From NCBI GenBank assembly GCA_016188865.1, contig JACPGX010000005.1, forward strand, positions 114,081 to 178,080: DNA of 64,000 nucleotides, in the 5' to 3' direction. The notes beneath the pieces were generated by a model. That model did no database searches and was not told where the DNA came from. It saw only the letters and a program-made list of their open reading frames with translations. This DNA comes from Candidatus Nealsonbacteria bacterium (GTDB lineage Bacteria > Patescibacteriota > Minisyncoccia > Minisyncoccales > MHMH01). Numbering within the stretch: position 1 is the stretch's first letter; each line of letters starts with the position of its first letter. Positions 53,202-61,554 of this stretch are shown one piece after another. A program made the position numbers and the translations under genes.

Positions 53202-54611
53202 ATGGCCTATAAAACAACCATCGGTTTGGAAATACATGTTGAGCTCAAGACAAAGAGCAAAATGTTTTGTGATTCATCTAACGATCCCTTGGAAAGGCAC
53301 CCCAATGTTAATATTTGCCCCATTTGCTTGGGGCATCCGGGAGTGTTGCCGGTTATCAATGAAGAAGCGGTGAGGAAAGTTATTAAAACCGGCTTGGCTT
53401 TGGGTTGTCAGATTCAGGAACACTCCAAGTTTGACAGGAAAAATTATTTCTATCCAGATTTGCCTAAGGGCTACCAAATTTCCCAGTACGATATGCCGCT
53501 TTGTAAAAATGGGTATCTGGGGAAAATTCGTATTCGGCGCGTGCACCTTGAAGAAGATACGGGCAGATTAATCCACCCCAAAGGGGCAGACTATTCTTTG
53601 GTTGATTTTAATCGGGCGGGCATCCCCTTGATGGAATTAGTTACAGAGCCCGATATCAGTTCGGCTAAAGAGGCTCGTCAATTTGCCGAAGAATTGCAGT
53701 TAATTTTGAGATATATCGGAGTTTCTGACGCTGACATGGAAAAAGGGCAAATGCGGGTGGAAGTTAACATTTCTTTGGGGAAAAACAATAAATTAGGCAC
53801 GAAGGCAGAAATTAAAAATTTAAATTCCTTTAAAGCCGTGCAAGACGCTTTAGATTATGAGATTGCCAGACAATCTGAAATTTTGGAATCTGGCCAGAAG
53901 CTTGTTCAGGAGACCAGAGGCTGGGATGACATTAGAGGTAAAACTTATAGCCAAAGAATCAAAGAGGAAGCACAGGATTACAGGTATTTTCCGGAGCCGG
54001 ATTTGCCGCCTTTGCATTTTACTAAGGAGCAAATTAAGAAAATCTCTGCGGAGATTGCCGAACTTCCCCAACAGAGGAGAGAACGTTTTAAAAAAGAATA
54101 CGGCTTAGGAGAAAAAGAGGTTGAAGTTTTGGTGCGTGATAAGGACCTGGGAGAATACTTTGAGAAAGCGGCTTCCGAGCTGGGCGATATTAAACTTATT
54201 AAACTTTGCGTTAATTACATTCTTACCGATCTTCATGGCTTATTGAAAAGAGCCTCAATTACCGATGAAAATTTCAGGATTACTCCAGAGAATTTCGCCG
54301 ACTTTATTAGATTCATCGGAAACGGAAAATTATCCAGCAAATTGGCCAAGGAAGTTTTGGCCGAGATGTTTTCCAGCGGAGCAGAACCATCGCATATTAT
54401 TCAGGAAAGAGGGCTGGTTCAGATTAGCGATGAGTCAGAACTGGGTAAAATAGTGGAAGAAATTATTTCTCAAAATCCAAATCCTGTGGAAGATTTTAAA
54501 AAAGGCAAAGAAAACGCCTTGCAATTCTTAGTCGGTCAAGCAATGGCTAAAACCCGCGGCAAAGCCAACCCGGAGAAAGTCCGCCAAATACTCTTGACAA
54601 AACTGAAATAA
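53202..54611 (+). CDS. gatB: Asp/Glu-tRNA amidotransferase subunit B
   Basis: IGLEIHVEL, FDRKNYFYPDLPKGYQISQ, YRYFPEPD. Confidence 0.98.
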   Translation: MAYKTTIGLEIHVELKTKSKMFCDSSNDPLERHPNVNICPICLGHPGVLPVINEEAVRKVIKTGLALGCQIQEHSKFDRKNYFYPDLPKGYQISQYDMPLCKNGYLGKIRIRRVHLEEDTGRLIHPKGADYSLVDFNRAGIPLMELVTEPDISSAKEARQFAEELQLILRYIGVSDADMEKGQMRVEVNISLGKNNKLGTKAEIKNLNSFKAVQDALDYEIARQSEILESGQKLVQETRGWDDIRGKTYSQRIKEEAQDYRYFPEPDLPPLHFTKEQIKKISAEIAELPQQRRERFKKEYGLGEKEVEVLVRDKDLGEYFEKAASELGDIKLIKLCVNYILTDLHGLLKRASITDENFRITPENFADFIRFIGNGKLSSKLAKEVLAEMFSSGAEPSHIIQERGLVQISDESELGKIVEEIISQNPNPVEDFKKGKENALQFLVGQAMAKTRGKANPEKVRQILLTKLK

Positions 54612-54622
54612 TGCTGTATAAT
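54594..54622 (+). promoter_or_regulatory. Consensus sigma70 promoter
   Basis: TTGACA-17 nt-TATAAT overlapping the gatB 3' end. Confidence 0.8.
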
Positions 54623-54649
54623 TTAAGTATAAAATAAAAAGGAGGCGTT

Positions 54650-54784
54650 ATGAAAATCCGAGAAAACTTTCCCGTCCAAGCCTTGGACAGACTACGGAGG
54701 ATCCGCATGAGCCGCCTGGCGTTCGTTTGCAACGCCAGTGGTTCGACCACGACCCCGACCATTGAGATCAAATCCAATCAGTAG
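54650..54784 (+). CDS. Small ORF (44 aa), not in ORF track
   Basis: AGGAGG SD; MKIRENFPVQALDRLRRIRMSRLAFVCNASGSTTTPTIEIKSNQ; own promoter and downstream hairpin. Confidence 0.55.
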   Translation: MKIRENFPVQALDRLRRIRMSRLAFVCNASGSTTTPTIEIKSNQ

Positions 54785-54798
54785 GGTCGGCGAACAAA

Positions 54799-54830
54799 AA
54801 GGGGAGAGATCGCTAAGATCTTCTCCCCTT
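54799..54830. terminator. Bidirectional terminator
   Basis: AAGGGGAGAGATC..GATCTTCTCCCCTT between convergent genes. Confidence 0.7.
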
Positions 54831-55722
54831 ATTTGTTTATAAATTTTTGAGCTAAACTTTTAGCTTCTTTGTAGTTTTTCACCCAATAAATGCGATTATC
54901 TCTTTTGAACCAAGTCATTTGGCGTTTGGCAAAATGCTCAATATCTTTTTGCAATAAACTAACGAGAACCGTTCTCGTCAGTTTTGATTGCAAATATCGC
55001 GCGAGCCAGCGGTATTCTAAGCCGAATTCTTCCAGCTGTTTCCAAGAAACGCCCGACTGGCGCAGTTTTTTAACTTCGGCAATCATGCCTTGTTTAAGCC
55101 TTTTAAGCAGGCGTTTTTTTATTAATTTTTTTAACTCTTCAGGAGATTTTTTAATTCCAATCATTAATACGGGATAGGGCAGTGGATTTTTCTGCAAAAC
55201 AGGGACAACTCCTATTTTTTTTGCAATTTCTATGGCCCTGATTAGCCTTCTGCGGTTATATCTATCAATAGTGTTAGCCCTTCTCGGATCAAGCTTTTTT
55301 ATCTTTTCAAATAACGCTTCAGTGTTTAAACTATTGAGGCCCGACCTCAATAGTAAATCAGGTTTTACTTCGGGGATTGCGATGCCATCTACCACTGCTT
55401 GGATATAAAAACCAGTTCCGCCGCAAAGAATGGGAATTTTGTTTTTTTTGAATATTTTATTTATTGCCGCCAGCGCCATTTTTTTATATTCAGCTACTGT
55501 AAATCTTCTTTTAGGAGAAGCGACGTCTAAAAGATGGTGAAGGATGCCTTGCTTTTCTCTTTTGCTGATTTTGCCTGTGCCGATATCCATGCCTTTGTAA
55601 ACCTGCCTTGAATCAGCTGAAATAATCTCGCCATTGAATTTTTTAGCGAGCTTGACGGCTAATCCAGATTTTCCGGAAGCTGTTTGCCCTAAAATAACGA
55701 TGATTTTTTGAGCTATTGACAT
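54829..55722 (-). CDS. miaA: tRNA dimethylallyltransferase
   Basis: GQTASGKS, ISADSRQVY, GGTGFY, AKRQMTWF. Confidence 0.97.
   Translation of the reverse strand: MSIAQKIIVILGQTASGKSGLAVKLAKKFNGEIISADSRQVYKGMDIGTGKISKREKQGILHHLLDVASPKRRFTVAEYKKMALAAINKIFKKNKIPILCGGTGFYIQAVVDGIAIPEVKPDLLLRSGLNSLNTEALFEKIKKLDPRRANTIDRYNRRRLIRAIEIAKKIGVVPVLQKNPLPYPVLMIGIKKSPEELKKLIKKRLLKRLKQGMIAEVKKLRQSGVSWKQLEEFGLEYRWLARYLQSKLTRTVLVSLLQKDIEHFAKRQMTWFKRDNRIYWVKNYKEAKSLAQKFINK
54956..54984. repeat. ACGAGAA-CCG-TTCTCGT palindrome inside miaA
   Basis: AAACTAACGAGAA-CCG-TTCTCGTCAGTTT. Confidence 0.9.
55330..55354. repeat. GAGG-type palindrome inside miaA
   Basis: ACTATTGAGG-CCCGA-CCTCAATAGT. Confidence 0.75.
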
Positions 55723-55776
55723 TTTTATATAAATTGTTTAATATATATATTAGAAACAAAGTTTTAAGGAGGATAG

Positions 55777-56124
55777 ATGGGAAGGTGTTATTTCAGCGTA
55801 GAGTACAATCATCCGGAGCACCCCGATAATATCTGCGCAGTGGACTGGGATTGTTGGGCTAAGGGCCGCTGGGTAAGATCGTGGAGGAGCGATTTCCAGT
55901 GGCACAAAGAAGACGAAGACGGAGGTCATGTGGGAAAACTCGGGTTCCAGGCTATAGTCGATAAATTTGGACTAAATGGCTTGGATCACGAATTAACCCC
56001 AGAAAATATTGAGTTTATGAGTCCGGCACGATTGATGGCGTTCAGAAGGCAAAAGGGTTTGCCGTATAGAACAATACTGAGCGATACATTGGGCGATCCT
56101 AGTCCGGCTGAAGAATACGACTAA
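55777..56124 (+). CDS. Hypothetical protein
   Basis: 115-aa ORF, AGGAGG SD, terminator hairpin at ~56136-56157. Confidence 0.7.
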   Translation: MGRCYFSVEYNHPEHPDNICAVDWDCWAKGRWVRSWRSDFQWHKEDEDGGHVGKLGFQAIVDKFGLNGLDHELTPENIEFMSPARLMAFRRQKGLPYRTILSDTLGDPSPAEEYD

Positions 56125-56147
56125 AAGAAATTACAAAGGCTGAGAAA

Positions 56148-57173
56148 TCAGCCTTTTTGCTTGCCCTGAGGACCTTCGGCTGAGCTCAGTCGAAGACCCG
56201 CGTCGAAGGGCTTAACCATACTCATTAAAACCATTTCTCTTCGTTTTTTTTCCTTGAAAGGAACGTCGTCTTTTATAAGAAATGCGGCGGTGCCGGTCCT
56301 TGGAGAGTATTTGGAGATATAAGCTATGTTAAAACAAAGTTCCTTGAATAATTTAACGGTATTTCCGAATTGCTTTTTTGTTTCTCCGGGGAATCCGACT
56401 ATTGCATCAGTAGATAGGTTTATATCGGGCATTTTGTCTTGTATTTTCTTAATTAAATCCTTGTACTGCTTAATGGTGTAGCGCCTGTTCATTTTTTTTA
56501 AGATTTCGTTATCCCCTGACTGTACCGGCAAATTAAGAAATTTTGCCACCTTCCTGCATTTCGCCATAGTTTCAATTAATTCATCCGTAAAATCTGCAGG
56601 ATTCGGGCTGGTAAATCTTATTTGAAAATCTCCAGGAATTTTGTTAATCATATTCAGCAGTTTTGCAAAGTTAATCCGGTCTGATTTGTAGTCGTTGACG
56701 TTTTGTCCTAATAGCCATATTTCTTTAATGCCGTTTTTAACCGCGTTTTTTACTTCGTTTAAGATTTCTTTGTGGTTGCGGCAAACCAAAGGCCCACGAG
56801 TATGGGGAACTACGCAATAAGTGCAAAAGTTATTGCAACCGTTAGATATGGGAATATATTTTGACTTGACGTAAGATTGAGACCATGGTTTGAATTGTAC
56901 GTCGTCAAAGATTTTTTGGAATTTCCCCCTGTCTTTTTTTAAAATACAGCCGGTTAAAATTTTCTTAGCTTTTAAATTTTTGAATTTTGGCGTCAAGCCG
57001 ATAACCCGATCAACGGCAGATTGCCTTACCGAGCACATATTAACCATGACCAAATCGGCCTCGCTTATTTTTAATGTTAATTTATAGCCCTTGTATTCCA
57101 AATCGGCAGCAATTTTCTCTGAATCAGATTTATTCATCTGGCAGCCGAATGTAATGATATGATATTTCTTCAT
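56148..57173 (-). CDS. miaB: MiaB-family radical SAM methylthiotransferase (no TRAM domain)
   Basis: TFGCQMNKSDSE, CSVR, GCNNFCTYC, LPVQSG, IVGFPGET. Confidence 0.88.
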   Translation of the reverse strand: MKKYHIITFGCQMNKSDSEKIAADLEYKGYKLTLKISEADLVMVNMCSVRQSAVDRVIGLTPKFKNLKAKKILTGCILKKDRGKFQKIFDDVQFKPWSQSYVKSKYIPISNGCNNFCTYCVVPHTRGPLVCRNHKEILNEVKNAVKNGIKEIWLLGQNVNDYKSDRINFAKLLNMINKIPGDFQIRFTSPNPADFTDELIETMAKCRKVAKFLNLPVQSGDNEILKKMNRRYTIKQYKDLIKKIQDKMPDINLSTDAIVGFPGETKKQFGNTVKLFKELCFNIAYISKYSPRTGTAAFLIKDDVPFKEKKRREMVLMSMVKPFDAGLRLSSAEGPQGKQKG

Positions 57174-57218
57174 ATCAAGCATTTTACAATAAAAAAGCGG
57201 CTTTTTCAAGGCCGCAGT

Positions 57219-58808
57219 TTAGTGTATTTCTTCTTTCTTTTCCCTTAAAAACGATCTCCATTGTTCTAGAAATTCCAAAAATACCTGAAATGGCATATCG
57301 AGCAGGGAATTTAACAAAACAGCTACCGCGTTATATTTCTGCCATTGGCTGGAAAGCCATTTGCCGACCTGGATTATCGGCAAAGAGAAAAGATCAATAA
57401 AGGTTTGCAGGAAGCTCTCTTTATCTTTTTCCATCTTAAGCTCTCTCGCCCTTTGGCGGATTTTTATACCGGCAAAAGATATTAAAGAAGTGAACATTAG
57501 AAAAATAATAATAGAAATCGGGCTGAAATTTAATTTTCGCAAGCCCCAGACGATCAAACCGAAAGAGGCGATAAAGCTAAGGAGGTAAATAAGCACCATA
57601 ATTGAATTTAAAATAAGTCCTCTTTTGGGCGCTGTTCTGATTTCATAAATATCTTTCCCTTCTCTTTCATAGGCTATTTTCATTATTTCCATTACAACCA
57701 ATTGTTCATTTTGCCTTGAAGGGGGTTTAATGGAAATAACCAAAAAAACCATCAGAAGCGGAGGAATCAAGATATTTATTCCCATATTGAAATAATCAAA
57801 GGCGCCCGTGACATATTTATCGAAAGGCACTTCAATCGCAAAAGCTATCAGCATTTTAGATAATAATATGGAAAGAGTGCTGTAAAAAGCAGCTCTTTTC
57901 AAACTGCCCTTAACTTTTTTTAATCTTTCTTTATAAACAGCTTTGATTTTGTTTTCTAAAACTTCGGGATTACTTAAAATATTTTCTATTTCCGATGGTT
58001 CTGCAGAAATAATATCGCCCAATATTAAGTAAGCCGTATCGTATCTTTCGCAAATAGCATAGAATTTTTCAGTAAGAGGGTGGCGAAGGCTGTTTTCCAC
58101 CTTTTCCCAAGTAAAATAAATATTTTTTGCTATTTGTTCAAATTTTTCTGAAGGAAGGTTGCGCCAATCGGGCAGCCAAGTCTTTAAAAGGTTATAACTT
58201 ATAAGCGGAACATCAAACTTAAAAAGAGCTTTTTGAATTGCAATGTAAATTTGAGTATTTTTTTCTTCCTGGCTGATTTTTGATTCGATTCTTTCCCGCA
58301 TCAGTTCGAGCATAAAACCCATTAAAGCAGTTTCTCTGATAGGCGGAGCTAAAATTTCTTCTATTTCGCAAGCAGCAATTCCTAAAACCCAGTCATGAAG
58401 CTGCATATGCCCCTTTTTATTTGACGAAGACGGAATACTGTCTAGATTATCTAAAATATAAGTGTACTTATCGATTGACTTTTGAATTTCGGCTATTTTT
58501 GTTTCAGGAATGGCATCATTAAGAAAGTGTCCGCCTCTGATTAATTCATTGACAAATGGTTCTGAAATCTCTTTGCCTTTTCTTCTTAAAAATAACCGCC
58601 TTTTTAAAACCCTTTCTATGGCAGTTTTTCTCAAGAGGTGCTCTTCCCGCCAGTCAACAATACCTCGCATTTTTTCATAAAAAGTGGCAACCCTGCTCAC
58701 CACTTCATCGACGTGGATTGTGGGAATTCCTTCCTTAATTCTGGAGGAGCTGTACCAATTTTTATAGCCGGATATGAGTTTTTTTGTTGCTTGAGATATT
58801 TCAGGCAT
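57219..58808 (-). CDS. Hypothetical membrane protein
   Basis: 529-aa ORF with C-terminal TM helices; YEKMRG..EEHLLRKTAIER. Confidence 0.85.
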   Translation of the reverse strand: MPEISQATKKLISGYKNWYSSSRIKEGIPTIHVDEVVSRVATFYEKMRGIVDWREEHLLRKTAIERVLKRRLFLRRKGKEISEPFVNELIRGGHFLNDAIPETKIAEIQKSIDKYTYILDNLDSIPSSSNKKGHMQLHDWVLGIAACEIEEILAPPIRETALMGFMLELMRERIESKISQEEKNTQIYIAIQKALFKFDVPLISYNLLKTWLPDWRNLPSEKFEQIAKNIYFTWEKVENSLRHPLTEKFYAICERYDTAYLILGDIISAEPSEIENILSNPEVLENKIKAVYKERLKKVKGSLKRAAFYSTLSILLSKMLIAFAIEVPFDKYVTGAFDYFNMGINILIPPLLMVFLVISIKPPSRQNEQLVVMEIMKIAYEREGKDIYEIRTAPKRGLILNSIMVLIYLLSFIASFGLIVWGLRKLNFSPISIIIFLMFTSLISFAGIKIRQRARELKMEKDKESFLQTFIDLFSLPIIQVGKWLSSQWQKYNAVAVLLNSLLDMPFQVFLEFLEQWRSFLREKKEEIH

Positions 58809-60528
58809 CTTTTTCCATTTTAACTTTTTCTGTGAATTTACTCAACTCCATAGCTCCAATATCGCCCCTTCCCCTTTCTCTAACGCTTATTTTGCCAGAT
58901 TCAGCTTCCTTGTCGCCCACGACTATGAGGTAGGGGACTTTTTGAAGTTCGCCTTCTCTGATTCTTTTAGAAACAGTTTCATTTCCATTATTTATCTCAA
59001 TTCTAAGGAAGTTAAGCTCATCTCTAATTTTTTCCGCATATTGATTATGTCTGTCGGCTATGGGAATGATCATGCATTGAACCGGTGATAGCCATAAAGG
59101 TAAGGCTCCCGCATAGTGTTCCAGAAGAAAAGCCATGGTTCTTTCTATGGCGCCGATTGAAGAGCGGTGTATGACAATCGGCTCTTTTTCCTTGCCATCT
59201 TGATCAATATAGCTAAGTTTGAATCTTTTGGGCATAACAAAATCGTACTGTATGGTAAAGGCAGTGTCTTCTTTCCCGGCGAAGTTTTTCATTTGAATGT
59301 CGATTTTCGGGCCGTAAAAAGCAGCCTCTTTTTGAGCTTCAAAAAAGTTATCTTTGCCTCTTTTGGTAAGAACGTTTCTTAAAACTCCCTCGGCAAAATT
59401 CCAGGCCTCGTTATCTTTAAAATATTTTTTAGAGTCTTTTCTGTCGCCTAAGGATAATCTATAGCGATAATTTACGCCGGCTTTCAGCCCTAATTTTAAA
59501 GCCATATATTCGATTAAATCTAAAACTCCATTGATTTCGTCCATAGCCTTTTCTTTTTGGCAGATAATATGGGCATCGGCTAAACAGAAAGATCGTACCC
59601 TGATTAGGCCGGTCAATTCGCCCGATTTTTCGTATCGAAATTGCTTGGCTAATTCGGCAATCCTAAAGGGCAATTCTTTATATGACCTTGGTTTTGAAGC
59701 ATACAGCTGAAAATGATGAGGGCAGGTCATAGGTCTTAAAATCAGCTCTTCCTCGTCAATTTTCATGACAGGATACATTGAATCTTTGTAATACGGATAA
59801 TGCCCCGACGTTTTATACAGTTCCACTTTGGCTAATTCTGGAGTATAAACGTGCTTATAGCCTCTTTTTATTTCTTCATCGACTACAAAACGTTCCAGTT
59901 CCCTTCTAATGATAGATCCCTTTTCGGTAAACAAGGGGAGGCCCTTGCCGACTAAATCGGAAAAAACAAATAAATCTAAATTTTTTCCTATAATCCTATG
60001 GTCTCTTTTTTCAGCTTCTTCCTGTATTTTGAGAAAATCCTCCAGTTCTTTTTTTATTGCAAAAGCTACCCCGTATATTCTGGTCAGCATTTTATTTTTT
60101 TCAGAGCCCTTCCAATAAGCTCCGGCAATTTTCGTCAGCTTAAAAGCATCGGGGGTTATCTCTTTTGTTGATTTAACATGCGGCCCCGAACACAAATCAA
60201 CAAACGTTCCTGATTCGTATATAGTCGGCTGCTTAATTTCCTTTAGCAGCTCTAGCTTATACGGTTGTTTTTTGAACATCCTGACGAGAACGGTTCTCGT
60301 CAGTTTTTGTTTTTTGAAAACAATGTTTTGCGCCAGCAGTTCGCGCATTTTTTTCTCTATTTTCAGCAGGTCTTCCGGCGCTAGGGGAACGGATAATTCG
60401 AAATCGTAATAAAAGCCGTTTTCAATGGCGGGCCCAATGCCAAATTTGGCGCCGGGATATAACTCCTGCACTGCGTAAGCCATTATATGGGCCAAAGAAT
60501 GGCGGATAGTTTCGATTTTAGCAGACAT
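58801..60528 (-). CDS. thrS: Threonine--tRNA ligase
   Basis: RHSLAH, DLCSGPH, RDHR, RPMTCPHH, FYGPKID. Confidence 0.98.
   Translation of the reverse strand: MSAKIETIRHSLAHIMAYAVQELYPGAKFGIGPAIENGFYYDFELSVPLAPEDLLKIEKKMRELLAQNIVFKKQKLTRTVLVRMFKKQPYKLELLKEIKQPTIYESGTFVDLCSGPHVKSTKEITPDAFKLTKIAGAYWKGSEKNKMLTRIYGVAFAIKKELEDFLKIQEEAEKRDHRIIGKNLDLFVFSDLVGKGLPLFTEKGSIIRRELERFVVDEEIKRGYKHVYTPELAKVELYKTSGHYPYYKDSMYPVMKIDEEELILRPMTCPHHFQLYASKPRSYKELPFRIAELAKQFRYEKSGELTGLIRVRSFCLADAHIICQKEKAMDEINGVLDLIEYMALKLGLKAGVNYRYRLSLGDRKDSKKYFKDNEAWNFAEGVLRNVLTKRGKDNFFEAQKEAAFYGPKIDIQMKNFAGKEDTAFTIQYDFVMPKRFKLSYIDQDGKEKEPIVIHRSSIGAIERTMAFLLEHYAGALPLWLSPVQCMIIPIADRHNQYAEKIRDELNFLRIEINNGNETVSKRIREGELQKVPYLIVVGDKEAESGKISVRERGRGDIGAMELSKFTEKVKMEKDA
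60281..60303. repeat. ACGAGAA-CGG-TTCTCGT palindrome inside thrS
   Basis: CTGACGAGAA-CGG-TTCTCGTCAG, perfect 10-bp stem. Confidence 0.9.
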
Positions 60529-60568
60529 CAACTTTTATTATACCAGTTCTTGGGATTGTTAACAACTA

Positions 60569-60597
60569 TTGACAAATTTATAAAAATATGCTACGGT
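60569..60597 (+). promoter_or_regulatory. Putative sigma70 promoter
   Basis: TTGACA-17 nt-TACGGT with TG extension. Confidence 0.55.
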
Positions 60598-60646
60598 ATA
60601 AGTGTAAGAGAAGAGTATAGGGAAAAAAATAAAAAAGGAGAGAAAA

Positions 60647-60862
60647 ATGATTATCATGGTTATTCTTACGGGGGTATGCCTAAACGCTATGATCATTCTT
60701 CATAACATTCGTATGACGAGGCTGACGAGGCGCATCAACAAAGAACTAAGGGAGAGGAGAGAAATAAACGCAGCCCTGAACCAGTTAATCATAGGGCTTT
60801 CTGAGCTGATAGGTGAGTTGCTCATAAAGTTCTACGGAAAGGAGGTTGGTATCAAGTCATAA
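60647..60862 (+). CDS. Small membrane protein (71 aa)
   Basis: AGGAG SD, hydrophobic N-terminus then basic helix. Confidence 0.6.
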   Translation: MIIMVILTGVCLNAMIILHNIRMTRLTRRINKELRERREINAALNQLIIGLSELIGELLIKFYGKEVGIKS

Positions 60863-61384
60863 CTCCAACCTCCTCCCCTTGAGAGATTGTTAAGCAATTA
60901 ATGATTTCTCAAGGGGAAAATAGCTGTATTTGAAAAATAAGCAAATGGAGGCGACTAGATGGAGCTGAAGTTTTGCCCAAGGTGCGGGGGTGAGTTAAAC
61001 TGGTTAATGCGGTGGAGGCAATTAGTCTGACCCTCCCTTGAGTGCAGTTGGCACTCTTCAGGAGCCTCATCTCGCCGTACTCTCTATTCATTTTTAATGC
61101 GACGAAGAAGGGGGAAGACGTAAGTCTTGCCCCTCTGCCAGAGATTATTAATTAGTAATCTCTGGCGGGGAATGTAGCTTTCATGGCGGCGAAATGGACA
61201 TCGATTTAGTGTCTGATAACCAAAAATTAACTGATTAAGAACTAATAATGGTGTTCATTTCGCCGCGATGAAACATGATAGGATGTCCGACTTCCTATCA
61301 TAAGCGAGGCTGGAAGCGCTTTCGTCCCGTCATTGTCCTCTTTTTTAAGGAATACAAAAGCGGGATGGGAGCACTTCCAGTCTT
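60840..61384 (+). ncRNA. Putative structured RNA region (eight consecutive hairpins)
   Basis: Long stems with G-U pairs on the + strand; GCAA and GTAA (GNRA) tetraloops. Confidence 0.5.
60959..61123 (+). CDS. Small zinc-ribbon ORF with in-frame TGA (recoded or pseudogene)
   Basis: GGAGG SD; MELKFCPRCGGELNWLMRWRQLV*PSLECSWH..RRRRGKT. Confidence 0.45.
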
Positions 61385-61416
61385 GACAGAAAATAAAAAA
61401 ATAAAAAGGAGGAGCC

Positions 61417-61554
61417 ATGTCAACTGCCACCGTGATTAAACCGAGTGATCAGCCAACCCAACCAGCATATTGCACGTTTTCCCTGTGCCCCAGGATCCAG
61501 CAGTTCGGCGCTATTGCCTGCGAGAAATGCCCCCGTGGCGACAATAAGAAATAG
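61417..61554 (+). CDS. Small Cys4 protein (45 aa), not in ORF track
   Basis: AGGAGG SD; MSTATVIKPSDQPTQPAYCTFSLCPRIQQFGAIACEKCPRGDNKK. Confidence 0.6.
   Translation: MSTATVIKPSDQPTQPAYCTFSLCPRIQQFGAIACEKCPRGDNKK

Noticed and set aside
60840-61384. Integron attC cassette array, tmRNA or 6S RNA
   Set aside because: No RYYYAAC/GTTRRRY boxes bounding the stems and no integrase in the window; no tmRNA termini; no single long rod with central bubble.
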